A DNA stretch of 64,000 bases from Acidobacteriota bacterium (GCA_963666215.2 CAXWPL010000001.1:672001-736000), one strand, 5' to 3'; numbered from the stretch's first letter, positions 9,654 through 21,176 are shown. Notes: a model not told the origin generated them from the letters alone. Made by a program: numbers and translations.

Positions 9654-12109
9654 GTCGGCCACTGCGCATCGTTTGCGTGGGCGCAGGTCCCGCAGGGCTG
9701 TACTTCGCCTTGCTCATGAAAAAGGCGAACCCGGCCCATCAGGTCACCGTTCTCGAACGCAATCGACTCGAGGACACCTTCGGTTTCGGTGTGGTCTTCT
9801 CCGACGCCACGATGGGCAATCTCACCGACGCCGACCCGGAGAGCTGCGCCGCAATCCGCGAGGCCTTCTTCCATTGGGACGACATCAACATCCACTACCG
9901 CGGTCAGGTGCTTGCGTCCACGGGCCACGGGTTCGCTGGACTGTCGCGGGTGCGGCTGCTGACGATCCTCGCCGAGCGCGCTCTCGAGCTCGGGGTGGAA
10001 CTGAAGTTCGAGATTGAAATCGATCGACTCGACGGATCGCTGGACGATTCGGACGACAACGTCGGCGGCGAGCTGCTGCGAGCCGCCGACCTCATTGTTG
10101 GTGCCGACGGCGCCAACAGCACGGTGCGCGACCGACTCGCCGACACCTTCGAGCCGAGCATCGACTGGCGGCCCGACCGCTTCGTGTGGCTCGGTACGTC
10201 GTGCCCGTTCCCGGCCTTCACCTTCGACTTCCGCGACGACGAACACGGTCTCTGGCGGCTGCATGCCTACCAGTACGACGGCGAATTCTCGACCTTCATC
10301 GTCGAGACAACCGAAAAGGCCCTGCGGGCGGCGGGCCTTACCGACGACGACGAGGCGGCTACGATCGAGTACTGCGAGCGGCTGTTCGCCGAGCGTCTTG
10401 GCGGACACCGCCTGGTGGCAAATCGTTCGATCTGGCGTCGTTTCCCGACCATCAAGAACACCCGCTGGTCGTGCGGCAACGTCGTGCTGATGGGCGACGC
10501 CGCTCACACGGCACACTACTCGATCGGTTCGGGCACGAAGCTGGCGATGGAAGACGCGATCTCGCTGGCGGAGCACCTGCGCGACATCGAGCTGCCGGCG
10601 CCTCCGGCGGCCAGGGCCACGCCTCCCGAGCTCACCGCCGCTCTCGAAGCCTACACTCGCGAGCGCATACCACTCGTCGAGAGCCTTCAACGCGCGGCGC
10701 AGGCCAGCCTGCAATGGTTCGAGAGCACGCACCGCTACATGGGAACCGAACCGATCCAGTTTGGATTCAACCTGCTGACCCGCAGCTTGCGGATTACCCA
10801 CGAGGATCTGCGGCTACGCGACCCGGAGTATGTCGACAGGATCGACCACAGCTTCGCCGAGAGCGCCGCAGCCCAAAGTGGGGTCCCCGTTGGCGACATG
10901 GCGGCGTTGCCGTGGCGCCTGTCGCCGCGCATCACGCGACCCGAGCCCGAGCGTCGTGATTCGGAACCAGACTCCAGAAAGCGCTCGCAAGCGGCCAGCT
11001 CTTCTGAAGGCGGCCGTGCAGCAATCCCTCCGCCCATGTTCACACCTTTCCGACTGCGCGACATGCTGCTGGCGAATCGCGTCGTGGTGTCGGCAATGTG
11101 CCAGTACCTCGCCAACGACGGCACCCCCGATGATTGGCACTTCGTGCACCTCGGTTCGCGCGCCGTTGGCGGCGCCGGGCTGGTGATGACCGAAATGACC
11201 GACATCTCGCCGACGGCGCGCATCACACCCGGCTGCGCGGGGATGTACGCAGCCGAGCACGTCAACGCGTGGAAGCGCATCGTCGATTTCGCGCACAGCA
11301 ACAGCTACGCCAAGGTGGGCTTGCAGCTGGCGCACGCCGGTCGCAAAGGCTCGACGCGGCTCGTCTGGGAAGGCATCGATGAGCCGCTCGAACGAGGGGG
11401 CTGGCCGCTGCTGGCGGCATCAGCAATTCCGTGGTTTGAGCGTAGCCCCGTGCCCAAGGCGATGGAGCGCTCCGATATGGATGGTGTGCGAGACGACTTC
11501 GTGCGCGCTGCCGAAATGGCCGACGCGGCCGGCTTCGACCTCATCGAGTTGCACTTCGCGCACGGCTACCTGCTGTCGAGCTTCATTTCGCCACTGACGA
11601 ACCAACGCGACGACGAGTACGGCGGCTCCGTGGAGAACCGCATGCGATTCCCGCTCGAGATTCTCGACTCGGTGAGATCTTCCTGGCCAACCGGAAAGCC
11701 GATCTCGGTCCGCATCTCGGCAGTCGACTGGGCGCCCGACGGCCTGCGGCCGGAGGACGCGGTAGAAATCGGGCGGATGCTGAAGGAGCATGCGTGCGAC
11801 ATCGTCGACGTGTCCGCGGGACAGACGGTTCCGCACGCGAAACCGGTGTATGGACGCCAGTTCCAGACGCCGTTCGCCGACCGGATCCGCCACGAGGCGG
11901 GCATCGCGACCATGGCCGTGGGAAATATCTCTTCGTACATGGACGTCAACACCATTCTGGCGTCGGGACGGGCCGATCTTTGCGCCCTCGCCAGGGCTCA
12001 TCTTTGGGACCCGTACTGGATCCACAACGCAGCCCAAAAGCTAGGCTACTCGCTTCCCTGGCCCGATCCCTACTCGGTGCTCGACAACTACACGCCACGC
12101 TTCGAGTAG
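9650..12109 (+). CDS. abmA: Bifunctional anthraniloyl-CoA (2-aminobenzoyl-CoA) monooxygenase/reductase, salicylyl-CoA 5-hydroxylase family
   Basis: N-terminal FAD monooxygenase ([40 protein letters not shown]) fused to an OYE domain ([27 protein letters not shown]). Confidence 0.88.
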   Translation: MSRPLRIVCVGAGPAGLYFALLMKKANPAHQVTVLERNRLEDTFGFGVVFSDATMGNLTDADPESCAAIREAFFHWDDINIHYRGQVLASTGHGFAGLSRVRLLTILAERALELGVELKFEIEIDRLDGSLDDSDDNVGGELLRAADLIVGADGANSTVRDRLADTFEPSIDWRPDRFVWLGTSCPFPAFTFDFRDDEHGLWRLHAYQYDGEFSTFIVETTEKALRAAGLTDDDEAATIEYCERLFAERLGGHRLVANRSIWRRFPTIKNTRWSCGNVVLMGDAAHTAHYSIGSGTKLAMEDAISLAEHLRDIELPAPPAARATPPELTAALEAYTRERIPLVESLQRAAQASLQWFESTHRYMGTEPIQFGFNLLTRSLRITHEDLRLRDPEYVDRIDHSFAESAAAQSGVPVGDMAALPWRLSPRITRPEPERRDSEPDSRKRSQAASSSEGGRAAIPPPMFTPFRLRDMLLANRVVVSAMCQYLANDGTPDDWHFVHLGSRAVGGAGLVMTEMTDISPTARITPGCAGMYAAEHVNAWKRIVDFAHSNSYAKVGLQLAHAGRKGSTRLVWEGIDEPLERGGWPLLAASAIPWFERSPVPKAMERSDMDGVRDDFVRAAEMADAAGFDLIELHFAHGYLLSSFISPLTNQRDDEYGGSVENRMRFPLEILDSVRSSWPTGKPISVRISAVDWAPDGLRPEDAVEIGRMLKEHACDIVDVSAGQTVPHAKPVYGRQFQTPFADRIRHEAGIATMAVGNISSYMDVNTILASGRADLCALARAHLWDPYWIHNAAQKLGYSLPWPDPYSVLDNYTPRFE

Positions 12110-12182
12110 CGTTACATTGCACGCGCGCGGACTCGCCGGCGCACTCGCCCACCCGCAGGGTCGAAACGATCAAGGAATAGAC

Positions 12183-12995
12183 ATGGGCCGGACGCGGACC
12201 TACTCCGAGTACTTGAAGCTCGACGAGTTGCTGTCTCTGCAGGTGCAGTCCGGCAAGCCTGACGAGCCGGATGACCCCGCCGCCCCCGAGCACGACGAGA
12301 TGCTGTTCATCGTCATCCACCAGGTGTACGAGCTGTGGTTCAAGGAGATCCTCCACGAGCTCGACTATCTGTCGCACTCGTTCCACGACAAGCGAACGCC
12401 CACGGCGCTGCACACGCTCAAGCGCGTCCTCACGATCCTCAAGACACTGGTGGGTCAAATCGACGTCCTCGAAACCATGACGCCGCTGCAGTTCACCAGC
12501 TTCCGAGACCGGCTCGCGTCAGCCTCGGGCTTCGAGTCGGCGCAGTTCCGCGAGCTCGAGTTCGTTCTCGGCCACAAGCGGCTGGAAGCGATCGAGCGGT
12601 TTCCTCGCGAGAGCCCGGCACGCGCGACACTCGAGCGCAGATACGGCGAGCCGAGCCTGTGGAACGCCTTCCTCAACTACCTCGCCAACCACGGCTACGA
12701 GCTTCCCGCCGAGGTCCTGGCGCGCGACGTCACCGAGCCGACGGCAGAATCGGCAGCGGTGCAAGCCGTGCTGATTGACGTATATCGCAACAACTCGACG
12801 CTGGCGCAGGTTTGCGAGCGGCTCGTCGACATGGACGAGGGTATTCAAGAGTGGCGCTACCGCCACATCAAGATGGTGCAGCGGACGATTGGCACCAAGC
12901 ACGGAACCGGCGGCAGCTCGGGGGCGGCCTACCTGCAAACCACGCTGTTCAAAGCGCTCTTCCCCGACCTGTGGGCAATTCGGGCGGAACTCTAG
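12183..12995 (+). CDS. kynA: Tryptophan 2,3-dioxygenase
   Basis: YSEYLKLDELL, HDEMLFIVIHQVYELWFK, SGFESAQFR, WRYRHIKMVQRTIG, GTGGSSG. Confidence 0.95.
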   Translation: MGRTRTYSEYLKLDELLSLQVQSGKPDEPDDPAAPEHDEMLFIVIHQVYELWFKEILHELDYLSHSFHDKRTPTALHTLKRVLTILKTLVGQIDVLETMTPLQFTSFRDRLASASGFESAQFRELEFVLGHKRLEAIERFPRESPARATLERRYGEPSLWNAFLNYLANHGYELPAEVLARDVTEPTAESAAVQAVLIDVYRNNSTLAQVCERLVDMDEGIQEWRYRHIKMVQRTIGTKHGTGGSSGAAYLQTTLFKALFPDLWAIRAEL

Positions 12996-13038
12996 CGTTG
13001 CCGCCCGTGCGGCGACGGCGCGGCAGCGAGCCGATCGA

Positions 13039-14286
13039 TTGAGCAGCGACCTTTGTGATTCGCGCCGCGTCAGCGCCAGCGAATTGTATCGCGCTCCCAA
13101 CCGTCTGGCGCGCTACTACCAGGGTTTTCGCGTTGCTCAACGCTTGTTGCTGACCGGCCATTCGCACCAGGCGTGGCCAGATGTCGCTCGCGACGCCCAT
13201 CTGCAAGCCTGGGACGACGCCGCCGAGTCGGTCGACAACAAATGGTCGCGCGCCTTCGAGATGGCCGATGCTGTTCGCGCTGGTTACGCCCGCCTGCTCG
13301 ACGACGATCGCGGCAAGACCAATGGCGTCGGCGACATCGCTCTCGGGGCCAACACCCATGAGCTCGTCGTGCGGCTGCTTTCGGCACTACCTCTTCTGGA
13401 TCGTCCCCGCATCGTCACGACCGACGGCGAGTTCCACACACTCCGACGACAGCTGGCCCGCCTCGAAGAAGAGGGGATCGAGGTGGTGCGAGTCGCGGCG
13501 CAGCCGGCGTCGGAAGTCGCGGCACGCTTGAGCGAAGCGGTGGACGACCGCACGTCGATCGTCATGGTCTCCTGCGTGCTGTTCGGCAACGCGCACATCG
13601 TTGAGGGCCTGGGCGAGGTGCAGCAAGCCTGCGAGCGCTCCGGCGCCGAGCTCCTCGTCGACGCCTACCACGCGCTGAACGCGATCCCGTTCTCACTGCG
13701 TGAGCACGGACTCGATCGGGCCTTCGTTGTCGGCGGTGGCTACAAGTACTGCCAGCTGGGCGAGGGCAATTGTTTCCTGCGGACGCCACCGGAGTGCCGA
13801 CTGCGCCCGATCATCACCGGCTGGTTCGCGGAATTCCCGGATCTGACGCGGAGCGCGAACGAGAACGTGGGCTACGCCGACGGTCCTGCGCGATTCGCGG
13901 GCGCCACGTACGACCCCACGAGCCACTATCGCGGCGCTGCCGTGTTCGACTTTTTCGAGCAGCTCGGGCTCGGGCCCGAGCTCCTGCGCGAGGTGAGTCA
14001 GCACCAGGTGGAGCTTCTGGCGAGCGGCTTCGACGACCTCGACCTGGACGCCGACTTGCTCACGCGCGATCGCAGTGTGGCGCTGGAAAAAGTCGGCGGA
14101 TTTCTCGCTCTCGAGTCGCCCATGGCCGGCGCTCTAGCGGCCCGGCTGCTGGAGCGCGGGGTACATTGCGACCATCGAGGCCATATCCTCCGACTCGGCC
14201 CCGCACCCTACCTGCGCGACCAGCAACTGACCCGCGCCATCGAGATCGTCGGCGAAGTGGTCAACGAAAGCAGTCCGCGGAGGTAA
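13039..14286 (+). CDS. kynU: Kynureninase (class V PLP enzyme); start codon uncertain
   Basis: LLTGHSHQAWP, DAYH, GGGYKYCQLGEG, TGWFA, RLGPAPY; directly follows kynA. Confidence 0.85.
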   Translation: MSSDLCDSRRVSASELYRAPNRLARYYQGFRVAQRLLLTGHSHQAWPDVARDAHLQAWDDAAESVDNKWSRAFEMADAVRAGYARLLDDDRGKTNGVGDIALGANTHELVVRLLSALPLLDRPRIVTTDGEFHTLRRQLARLEEEGIEVVRVAAQPASEVAARLSEAVDDRTSIVMVSCVLFGNAHIVEGLGEVQQACERSGAELLVDAYHALNAIPFSLREHGLDRAFVVGGGYKYCQLGEGNCFLRTPPECRLRPIITGWFAEFPDLTRSANENVGYADGPARFAGATYDPTSHYRGAAVFDFFEQLGLGPELLREVSQHQVELLASGFDDLDLDADLLTRDRSVALEKVGGFLALESPMAGALAARLLERGVHCDHRGHILRLGPAPYLRDQQLTRAIEIVGEVVNESSPRR

Positions 14287-14334
14287 GAGTTTCAGCCGTG
14301 CGAGGTCCGGCAAACCGAGCACCAGGAGAACCGC

Positions 14335-16265
14335 GTGAACGACACCGCCCAGCCGGCTCAGCGACGCCGTCCGATTTGGCGCCGACCCTGGGTGTGGATT
14401 GTTGTGCTGGGGCTAGCGGCAGCGGCAGTGGCCGCCCCGTTCGTGGCCGAGTGGATGCTGCGACGGACGGTCGACGCGACCCTGCTACAAGACACGATCA
14501 ACGCGGCGCTGGCCGGCTCCACCGACGATCTCTACTACATCGAGGTTGGCGAGCTCGACTACACGATCGCCGACGGTGACGTACTGGCGCGCAACGTCCG
14601 CCTGCGGCCGCGAATCGACGCGATTCACGAGCGCCGAGCCGCCGGGACCCTTCCGGCGTTGCTCTTCGATGTTGTGGTCGACGAGGTCAGCTTCGTAGGC
14701 ATCGATCTGGCCATGCTGGCTCAGGAACGTGACCTCTACGCGATGCGGGTGTCGCTGCAGCGGCCGCGGGTGCGAATCATCAACGCGATCGACCTGGCAC
14801 GGCAGGCCGCCGAAGACGCCGCCGCAAGGAATTCAGACGCGGGGCAGGTGTTGCCGCAACTGGGTCTGGGCCAGCGCGAGGGGGAACACGGCAACGAGAC
14901 GTTGCTGGAACACCTCGTGGAGGGCCTCCCGGTAATCGACATCCGCGAGGTGCGAATCGACAACGCCGACATCACCAGCGAGCAGCTCACCGAGGCAGCG
15001 CTACTGGCGGCTGCAAGCAGCAGCGCCAGCGTCACCGAAGGCACCCTCGATCTCGAAACCGTCAACAGCTCCGAGAATATACCCGGCGGCGGAACGGGCG
15101 ACCTCGCAGGCGGGGCGTTGATCGACCCCATCGAGCTGCTCCTTGCGGAGGCGCCGGCGACCGAGAGCATCGAGAACATCTCGATCTCCCTCGAGGACCT
15201 GCGGATCGACACCGCCTCGGCCCGCGATCCCGACAAGATTCTGTTCAGCGACAATGTGCGCGTGGAAATCGGCCGCTACACGCGGACCAACGCCGACGGA
15301 CTCTACCGACTCGAGACGGGACCGGTGGTGCTGTCGACGGGCGACAGCTCGATTCAGATCGATTCGGTAGCCTTCGCCCCAACCGTGTCCGACGCCGAGC
15401 TGGCGCGCCGTCGAGGTCGCCGCGCCGATCGGATCCGTTTCAGCTTCAACCGCATCGTGGCCACCAACGTCGATTACCCGCGGCTTCTGGAGCGCCTCGA
15501 GACGTCGGTCGGCAAGGTGGAGCTCACGGGATGGGAAATCGACGTCTTCAGCGACAAGCGTCTAGCGGCCGCGCGACGGGTGCGTCCGCCCTGGATGCCG
15601 CAGGACATCGCGGCCGACGGCAGCCCATCGCTGAGAATCGACGAGATCGAGCTGCGCGACGGCAAGGTAACCTACTCCGAAGTGGCAACCGACGGGGCGC
15701 GGCCCGGGTCGATCACCTTTGAGGACATCCACGGCAGCATCGTCAACGTCACCAACGACCCCGAGCGCATGAGCGATTCGAGCCCGGCGGTCGTCGATAT
15801 CGAGGCCAGGTTCGGCGGCTCCGGCGACGTCAGCCTGGAGATGAGGCTGCCGCTGCTCGCCAGCCCGGCCACAATGAGCTACCGCGGCAGCGTCACCAAT
15901 CTCGACGCCAGCGCGCTCAACTCGATTCTTCCGAATCTGCTCGGCCTGCGATTCACTCGCGGTCGAGTTGATTCCATCGCCTTCAACATCGATGTTGCCC
16001 GCGGCCGCGCGACGGGGTCGTGCAAGGCATCTACCGTGACCTGAGCGTGCAAATCATCGACAAGGCTACGCACGAGCGCAGCCTCGGGGATCGCCTCAAG
16101 TCGTTTGCCGCCAACCGTCTGTTGCTGCGCACCACCAACGTCCCGCGCGACGGCAAGGCGCCGACGGTTGGCCGGGTTGACCACCGCTTCGACCGCAACG
16201 CCGCGTTCTTCTCGATTTTCTGGGGCGGGCTGCGCTCAGGCCTTCTCTCGTTGCTCAGGCGCTAG
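14335..16265 (+). CDS. DUF748/AsmA-like membrane-anchored beta-rich protein; frameshift near 16020
   Basis: N-terminal TM helix; AsmA-like beta repeats; the C-terminus (FFSIFWGGLRSGL) continues in ORF 16020-16265. Confidence 0.65.
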
Positions 16266-16299
16266 CTGTCCTGTGGGCAGATCAGCGAGTCGGCGTGGG

Positions 16300-18453
16300 C
16301 TACCGCACTCCCAGGCGGAACCCCGACATCGGATTCACCAGCGTGAAGTCGACGTAACGGTCGGCTCCAAGCTCCCGGACGCTGGCCTCGATGGGCTCGC
16401 CATCCAGCGTCACCGCGCCCGAGAGACGCCGCGGAAGCAGCACCGACAGCTCGATCGTAGGGGCACTGGTATGGATCTCCATCGCGATCGCGCGCGCGTC
16501 GGCGTCGTAGCGATAGTCGTAGGCCACGCGAGCACCGTCAGACGGCTGCACCAGCGCAACGCGCACTGAGCCCTCGCCAACCCGAGGGCTGAGGCGGAGC
16601 AGTCGCCCGTCGGAGCCAGCAACGAGCTCGACTCCGAGATAGCCCTCGATGAGCGCCGAGCCGAGCGCACCAGCGGCACCCGAGAAGCGAGCGCTGCCGT
16701 GGGGACGCAAGTCACGATCGCTCCACTCGAAGATGCCGCCGTTGCTCACGCTCAGCCGAGCGAGGGTCCGCAACGCCTCGCTGGCGGCCTCGGCACGGCC
16801 GCTGCGGAACATCGCCAGAATCAAGCGCCCGGCAAACCAGTCCCAGTGCCCGCCGTTCTGGTACTCGTACTCCTCGTCGACGGAGGGATGCAGGAAGGTG
16901 CCCGACGGATACGGGGGCAGCATCGTAAAGCCGAGGGCCGGAAGGCCCAACCGACGATGGCGATCGACGATCGCGTCGAGTGTGGTCAACGCCATCTCTG
17001 GGCTGGCGATGCCCGCGAGGACGGCCATGGCGTTGCCGCCCGTGCCGAGCATGGCGTCTTCGTCGAACTCGTGCTGCAAGCCGTCGAGGTGGCTGTGGAC
17101 CCGAAAGTAGCCGCGCTCAGGCTGCCACAACAGTCGACGTGTGATGGCGGTAACCCGATCGGCCCGTGCCCGCCAGGCCGTGGCAGCCACGGCGTCGGCC
17201 AGGTGTGTCTCTGCGATCTCGGCCCAGCAGCGCGCGGCGAGCACGAACATCGACTGGTCGTAGATATCGACATTCCAGCGCGTGCTCTCGCCGGCGTATA
17301 TCGCCTGTTGATCCGCATCGACAATGTCGACGTCCCCCCAGTCGATGGTGTGGGCGCCACGCAGCAGGCCGCTGGCCGGGTCGCGACGTGAGCTCCAGGC
17401 ATGCAAGAGCGCGCGCTGCAGGCGCTCGGCAACCGGCTCACGGCCGATGGTGGTAGCAAGCCAGTCGCGATCTCCGACGCTGCGCACGTACTCGCAAGCC
17501 CCGAGAACCAGGCTCGTCTCCTGATCGGTCTCGGTTGTGTTGGTGTCGGTGAGACCCGCCGAGTCCACCCAATCCGCTATGCGGCCGTCCTGGCCCTGGT
17601 GCTCGAGGTGCAACTCGAGCCAGCCGCGTAGTGTGGGAGCGTCGAACAACCAGCGCGCCGCTGGCAGCGTGGTGGCGTTGTCGCGAACCCAGAGCTGCGG
17701 ATAGGTACTTCCCGCGGCGAACCCGGCGAATGCGCGGCCCTCGGCGGCGAACTCCGTTCGCGAGCTCTGCAGCGTACTGCCGATCAGCGTCCAGAGCTCG
17801 GCCAACTCGGGATCCGACGCGGTGAGCCTCGATTGCGACGGCCTGGCCAGCTGAGCACTGCTGATCGGTTGCACCTCGAGGCTCAGGAGCTCGACGGGCA
17901 GCGATGTCGTTGCCGATCCCTGTTGCGCAAACCAGCTGACGTGTTCGTGCACCAGGTCGAGCTCGAGCAGATACAGGCCGGGGCCGGGTAGCTCGGCCGC
18001 TTCAATCGTGAGCGGCAGGCGCACAGTCTCGCCAGTGGCAACCGGGCGCGGCAGCGCCAGCCGACGGTTGTCGAACCGCAGCGTCTCTCCATCGGCGCCG
18101 AGCAGATGAAACGACACGAACACCGGGAACGCCGGGTCCTCGGCGTCGCTGTCCCACAACATGCTGCCGTTGTTGGTCACCTCGATCTCCACCGTCTTGC
18201 GACCGGCGAAGGGAATCTGCAACAGCTCCAATGGAGCACGCACTGTCGCCGCGTACTCGGCAAGCCCACGGGGTTCTTGCGCGAGCAACGGTACGGCGGG
18301 CGGTGCCGCGGCGTCCTCGGGTTGCGGTTCTCGGGCCTCGACCGCGATCGGCGGGGAGGGCGCTGTCGCCGGCGGCGGGTCTTCGGGGAAGGGCGGGACA
18401 CAGCCGATCTGAAGAAGAAGAAAGAGAACGCCGAGACCGATGCGGCGGAGCAT
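16300..18453 (-). CDS. Lipoprotein with an Ig-like domain and an (alpha/alpha)6 glycoside hydrolase domain
   Basis: Lipobox LQIGC; VEVTNNGSMLW...DLVHEHVSWF Ig-like domain; YPQLWVRD, DQE, YQNGGHWDW motifs typical of six-hairpin glycosidases. Confidence 0.65.
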   Translation of the reverse strand: MLRRIGLGVLFLLLQIGCVPPFPEDPPPATAPSPPIAVEAREPQPEDAAAPPAVPLLAQEPRGLAEYAATVRAPLELLQIPFAGRKTVEIEVTNNGSMLWDSDAEDPAFPVFVSFHLLGADGETLRFDNRRLALPRPVATGETVRLPLTIEAAELPGPGLYLLELDLVHEHVSWFAQQGSATTSLPVELLSLEVQPISSAQLARPSQSRLTASDPELAELWTLIGSTLQSSRTEFAAEGRAFAGFAAGSTYPQLWVRDNATTLPAARWLFDAPTLRGWLELHLEHQGQDGRIADWVDSAGLTDTNTTETDQETSLVLGACEYVRSVGDRDWLATTIGREPVAERLQRALLHAWSSRRDPASGLLRGAHTIDWGDVDIVDADQQAIYAGESTRWNVDIYDQSMFVLAARCWAEIAETHLADAVAATAWRARADRVTAITRRLLWQPERGYFRVHSHLDGLQHEFDEDAMLGTGGNAMAVLAGIASPEMALTTLDAIVDRHRRLGLPALGFTMLPPYPSGTFLHPSVDEEYEYQNGGHWDWFAGRLILAMFRSGRAEAASEALRTLARLSVSNGGIFEWSDRDLRPHGSARFSGAAGALGSALIEGYLGVELVAGSDGRLLRLSPRVGEGSVRVALVQPSDGARVAYDYRYDADARAIAMEIHTSAPTIELSVLLPRRLSGAVTLDGEPIEASVRELGADRYVDFTLVNPMSGFRLGVR

Positions 18454-18815
18454 CGCCTCGCGAGGCTTTCGACAGGATCCCATGGCGGCCAAGAATAGCG
18501 GCTCGAGGAGCGCCGGGATCACCGAATGCGTAAGAAGTCGGCCGCCACTCAGTCCCTGAATAGAGAGAGTGCCGCGGGCAACCGATGATCCGGATTGCCC
18601 GCGGCGCCTCATGCAGGGATCAGAAAACTCCCTCGTTCATACGGCCAGCAGATGGGTCTCCCTGGCTGAAGTCGGGATCGAGCTCGAACGATCGGGGTGG
18701 GGGTCCGTCATCGCAGGGTGGGGGGCTCTGCGCCGCCGAGCTCGATCCTGATTATCGTTGTTGTCCTCTTTTTCTGGATTCTGTGGCGATGTTGCCGTGA
18801 TTCGTTACCGGCGTT

Positions 18816-19565
18816 CTAGCGACCGCCTCCGCCGGCGACCGCTGTGAAGTCGTCATCTCCGGTGGCCCAACCGCCCGGCTGGTTGAAGGCCGTATCGATC
18901 TCACCGTCGGGTCCGGCCGAGTAACAAACCACCGCCGAGCCAAACCCGTCGGTGGCAAGCTTGGCAGCGATGTGCAGGCCGAAGACGTTCGCCATGTAGC
19001 GGTTGCCCCACGGATCGGCATCGATACGATCCGAAATGTAGGGTCCGCGCCACGCGAAGAGGCTGTTGAAGCCCTCGGGCATGTCCAGGGGCGTCCGATA
19101 GCCAGCGGCGGGATCATCAGCGGGCGTGTTGTGGATCAGATGATTGGCAAAGGAATCCACGACGAACCTCACTGCATGCCCACTGATGTCGTTGCGCTCG
19201 GTGATCGAGTCACCGTGAGACGCACGCCAATGGCGACCCGCCACCCGAAGGTCGGGCCGGCTCAGCAACGGTGCGTTTCCGTCGCCAATCAGCAATCCCA
19301 CCGGCGCGCTGTCGCTTGCGGGCAACTCGTCACGTTGCTGGCGTGCCCGGCGAGGGGAGAAAGCGGTCTCACCCGTGTCGACGATGAACGTCCCGAGCGC
19401 CGAACACAGCGCGCCGAGGTCTTCCGCGACCCGGGCGTAGCGGGCCAGGCGGGTGTAGCCGCCCAAGTTCACCAGCATGATGGACGACAAGGCGCTGAGA
19501 GCGAGGACGACGATGCTCACCTCGACCAGCGTAAAGCCCCTCTGCCGGTTGTGGTTGGCCATCAC
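18816..19565 (-). CDS. Type II secretion/type IV pseudopilin-like protein (GspG-like)
   Basis: Prepilin cleavage motif QRG/FTLVE plus a hydrophobic helix; WRGPYI, DPWGNRY, YSAGPDG, DD motifs. Confidence 0.8.
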   Translation of the reverse strand: MMANHNRQRGFTLVEVSIVVLALSALSSIMLVNLGGYTRLARYARVAEDLGALCSALGTFIVDTGETAFSPRRARQQRDELPASDSAPVGLLIGDGNAPLLSRPDLRVAGRHWRASHGDSITERNDISGHAVRFVVDSFANHLIHNTPADDPAAGYRTPLDMPEGFNSLFAWRGPYISDRIDADPWGNRYMANVFGLHIAAKLATDGFGSAVVCYSAGPDGEIDTAFNQPGGWATGDDDFTAVAGGGGR

Positions 19566-20081
19566 GATGTCCCCGCGCTTCGAGAATTCTTGTGAGCACC
19601 CAAGGTACCGGTCGGGGGCCGATCAGCTAAGCCGGCGGGGACACAGGTGGCCGCGCCTGGCGCTGGAGTCAGTTCTGCCTAACAGAGCGCAGATCGGATG
19701 ACGTCCGACGGCCGTCATGACTGCCCTAGGCGCGACAACCGCGGCGTCGAGCCGAGATCTCTACGTCCGCCTAGGCCTGAATCGACACCGGAGGACACCT
19801 GAGGCGACAGGCCAGCTCGGCTGATTCCGGCGCCATCGGACAAACGTGGCCAGCGGCAGCGTTGGCTATCGACGGTGAGATTCGCCAAGTGTGCTCATGG
19901 TGGCAACAATCGTCCGCTTGTTCGCGGCGACCACGGGTGGGCCCGGCTGCGCATGCGTGCGCAAGAAATTCTTCGACCTCCACCGCGGGCCGGCTGCCTT
20001 TCGGCCGCGGTCGACTCCCCATTCGACGCCACACTGCCGATCGGATAGGGACGCGGAAACCGGGTCGAGGGCATACCGCAC

Positions 20082-20120
20082 ACAAAGAAAGGGCGCGCCG
20101 CGCAATGCGCGACGCGCCCT
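20082..20120 (-). terminator. Rho-independent terminator
   Basis: The minus strand reads agggcgcgtcgcgcattgcgcggcgcgccct followed by ttctttgt, about 25 nt after the stop at 20145. Confidence 0.75.
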
Positions 20121-20144
20121 CCAGGAGTCAGCTGAGCGGGGAGG

Positions 20145-21094
20145 CTACTCCGCCGGCATCTCGTAGCAGGCTAGCCCGTCGAGGAAAACGTCAAGCTCGA
20201 ACAATTTCTTGACGACGAGTTTTCCTCCGACTTTCTTGGCCGTGCCGATATAGGACTCGAAGGATGGGTAGTCCGCAGTGTAGGACACATACATCTGCTT
20301 GCCGGCGGTACAAGCGCCGGCGATGCGATAGCCCTCCGATACTCCGGGGTAGTCGATCATGAGCGGCTCGACGTTCTTCCACTTCCCGTTGGGCCTGTAT
20401 TTCACCGCACGGTCTCCCAGGAACTGAAAGCCCTTGCCCCTCCCGTCCCTCTTGTTGGTCATGCCGCCGCCGCGGTTCCAGTAGGACGGGATCGGGAACT
20501 CCGGGTCAATGATGCTAGTGTCGCCCTTCTTGTTGATCTTCATGATGCCGCGGATCGCAAACTCGCTGAACAAGGAGCGCGGACCATTGAAGCTCAGGAA
20601 CGCAGGAAAACCGTTGTTGCTGCCCTGCCGCGCCACACCGCCGGTCGCGGTGGAGTTCGTGCGTAACGAGATGAAATTCTCGAACGTCAGAAAATCTCCG
20701 TTGATCTCAGCGACCTTGTCCACTTGTTGTGGGAGTTCAGCACCACGAGCTGAGGGGTCGACGAGCCCTTGTTAACCTTCGAGTTGTGGCAGACGCCGTA
20801 GAAATTGCCGTCCTTGTGGTTGTACCAGATCGCGCTGCAGCGCCACCGGCGACCGTCGCCGAGATCAGTCGCCGTCTCACCGACAAGATCGACGCTGTAC
20901 ACCCTGCCCGAGCTCGACTTGATGTGGTCGGCTACTTCTTCCAACTCCATCGTGGCGTTCACGCCATGGTAGCTCGTTCCGATCATGATGACCGTCGGCG
21001 ACACTTCTTGGGCGGCATCCGACCTCACTGCCTGCTACAGGCTGACGGCCAGACCGAGGGCCAAAAGCGCTACCAAAATACCGGACCTACGCAT
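20145..21094 (-). pseudogene. Secreted beta-rich hypothetical protein; in-frame TAG at 21035-21037 and frameshift near 20723 (may be intact in vivo)
   Basis: SD ggaggg then ATG 21094; signal peptide MRRSGILVALLALGLAVSL*QAVRSDA; ORFs 20687-21028 and 20145-20723 join if one G is restored (NK-VDKV). Confidence 0.6.
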
Positions 21095-21176
21095 GCTTCC
21101 CTCCAACGTGCTCTGGGGGCGAAACTGCCACTAGTTAAAATAGCAAACCGAGGCTACCAGGTCTGTAACGCGTAGG

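Noticed and set aside
19566-20080. Long intergenic region as a riboswitch or small gene
   Set aside because: Only scattered short hairpins; no recognisable aptamer consensus or convincing SD-ORF
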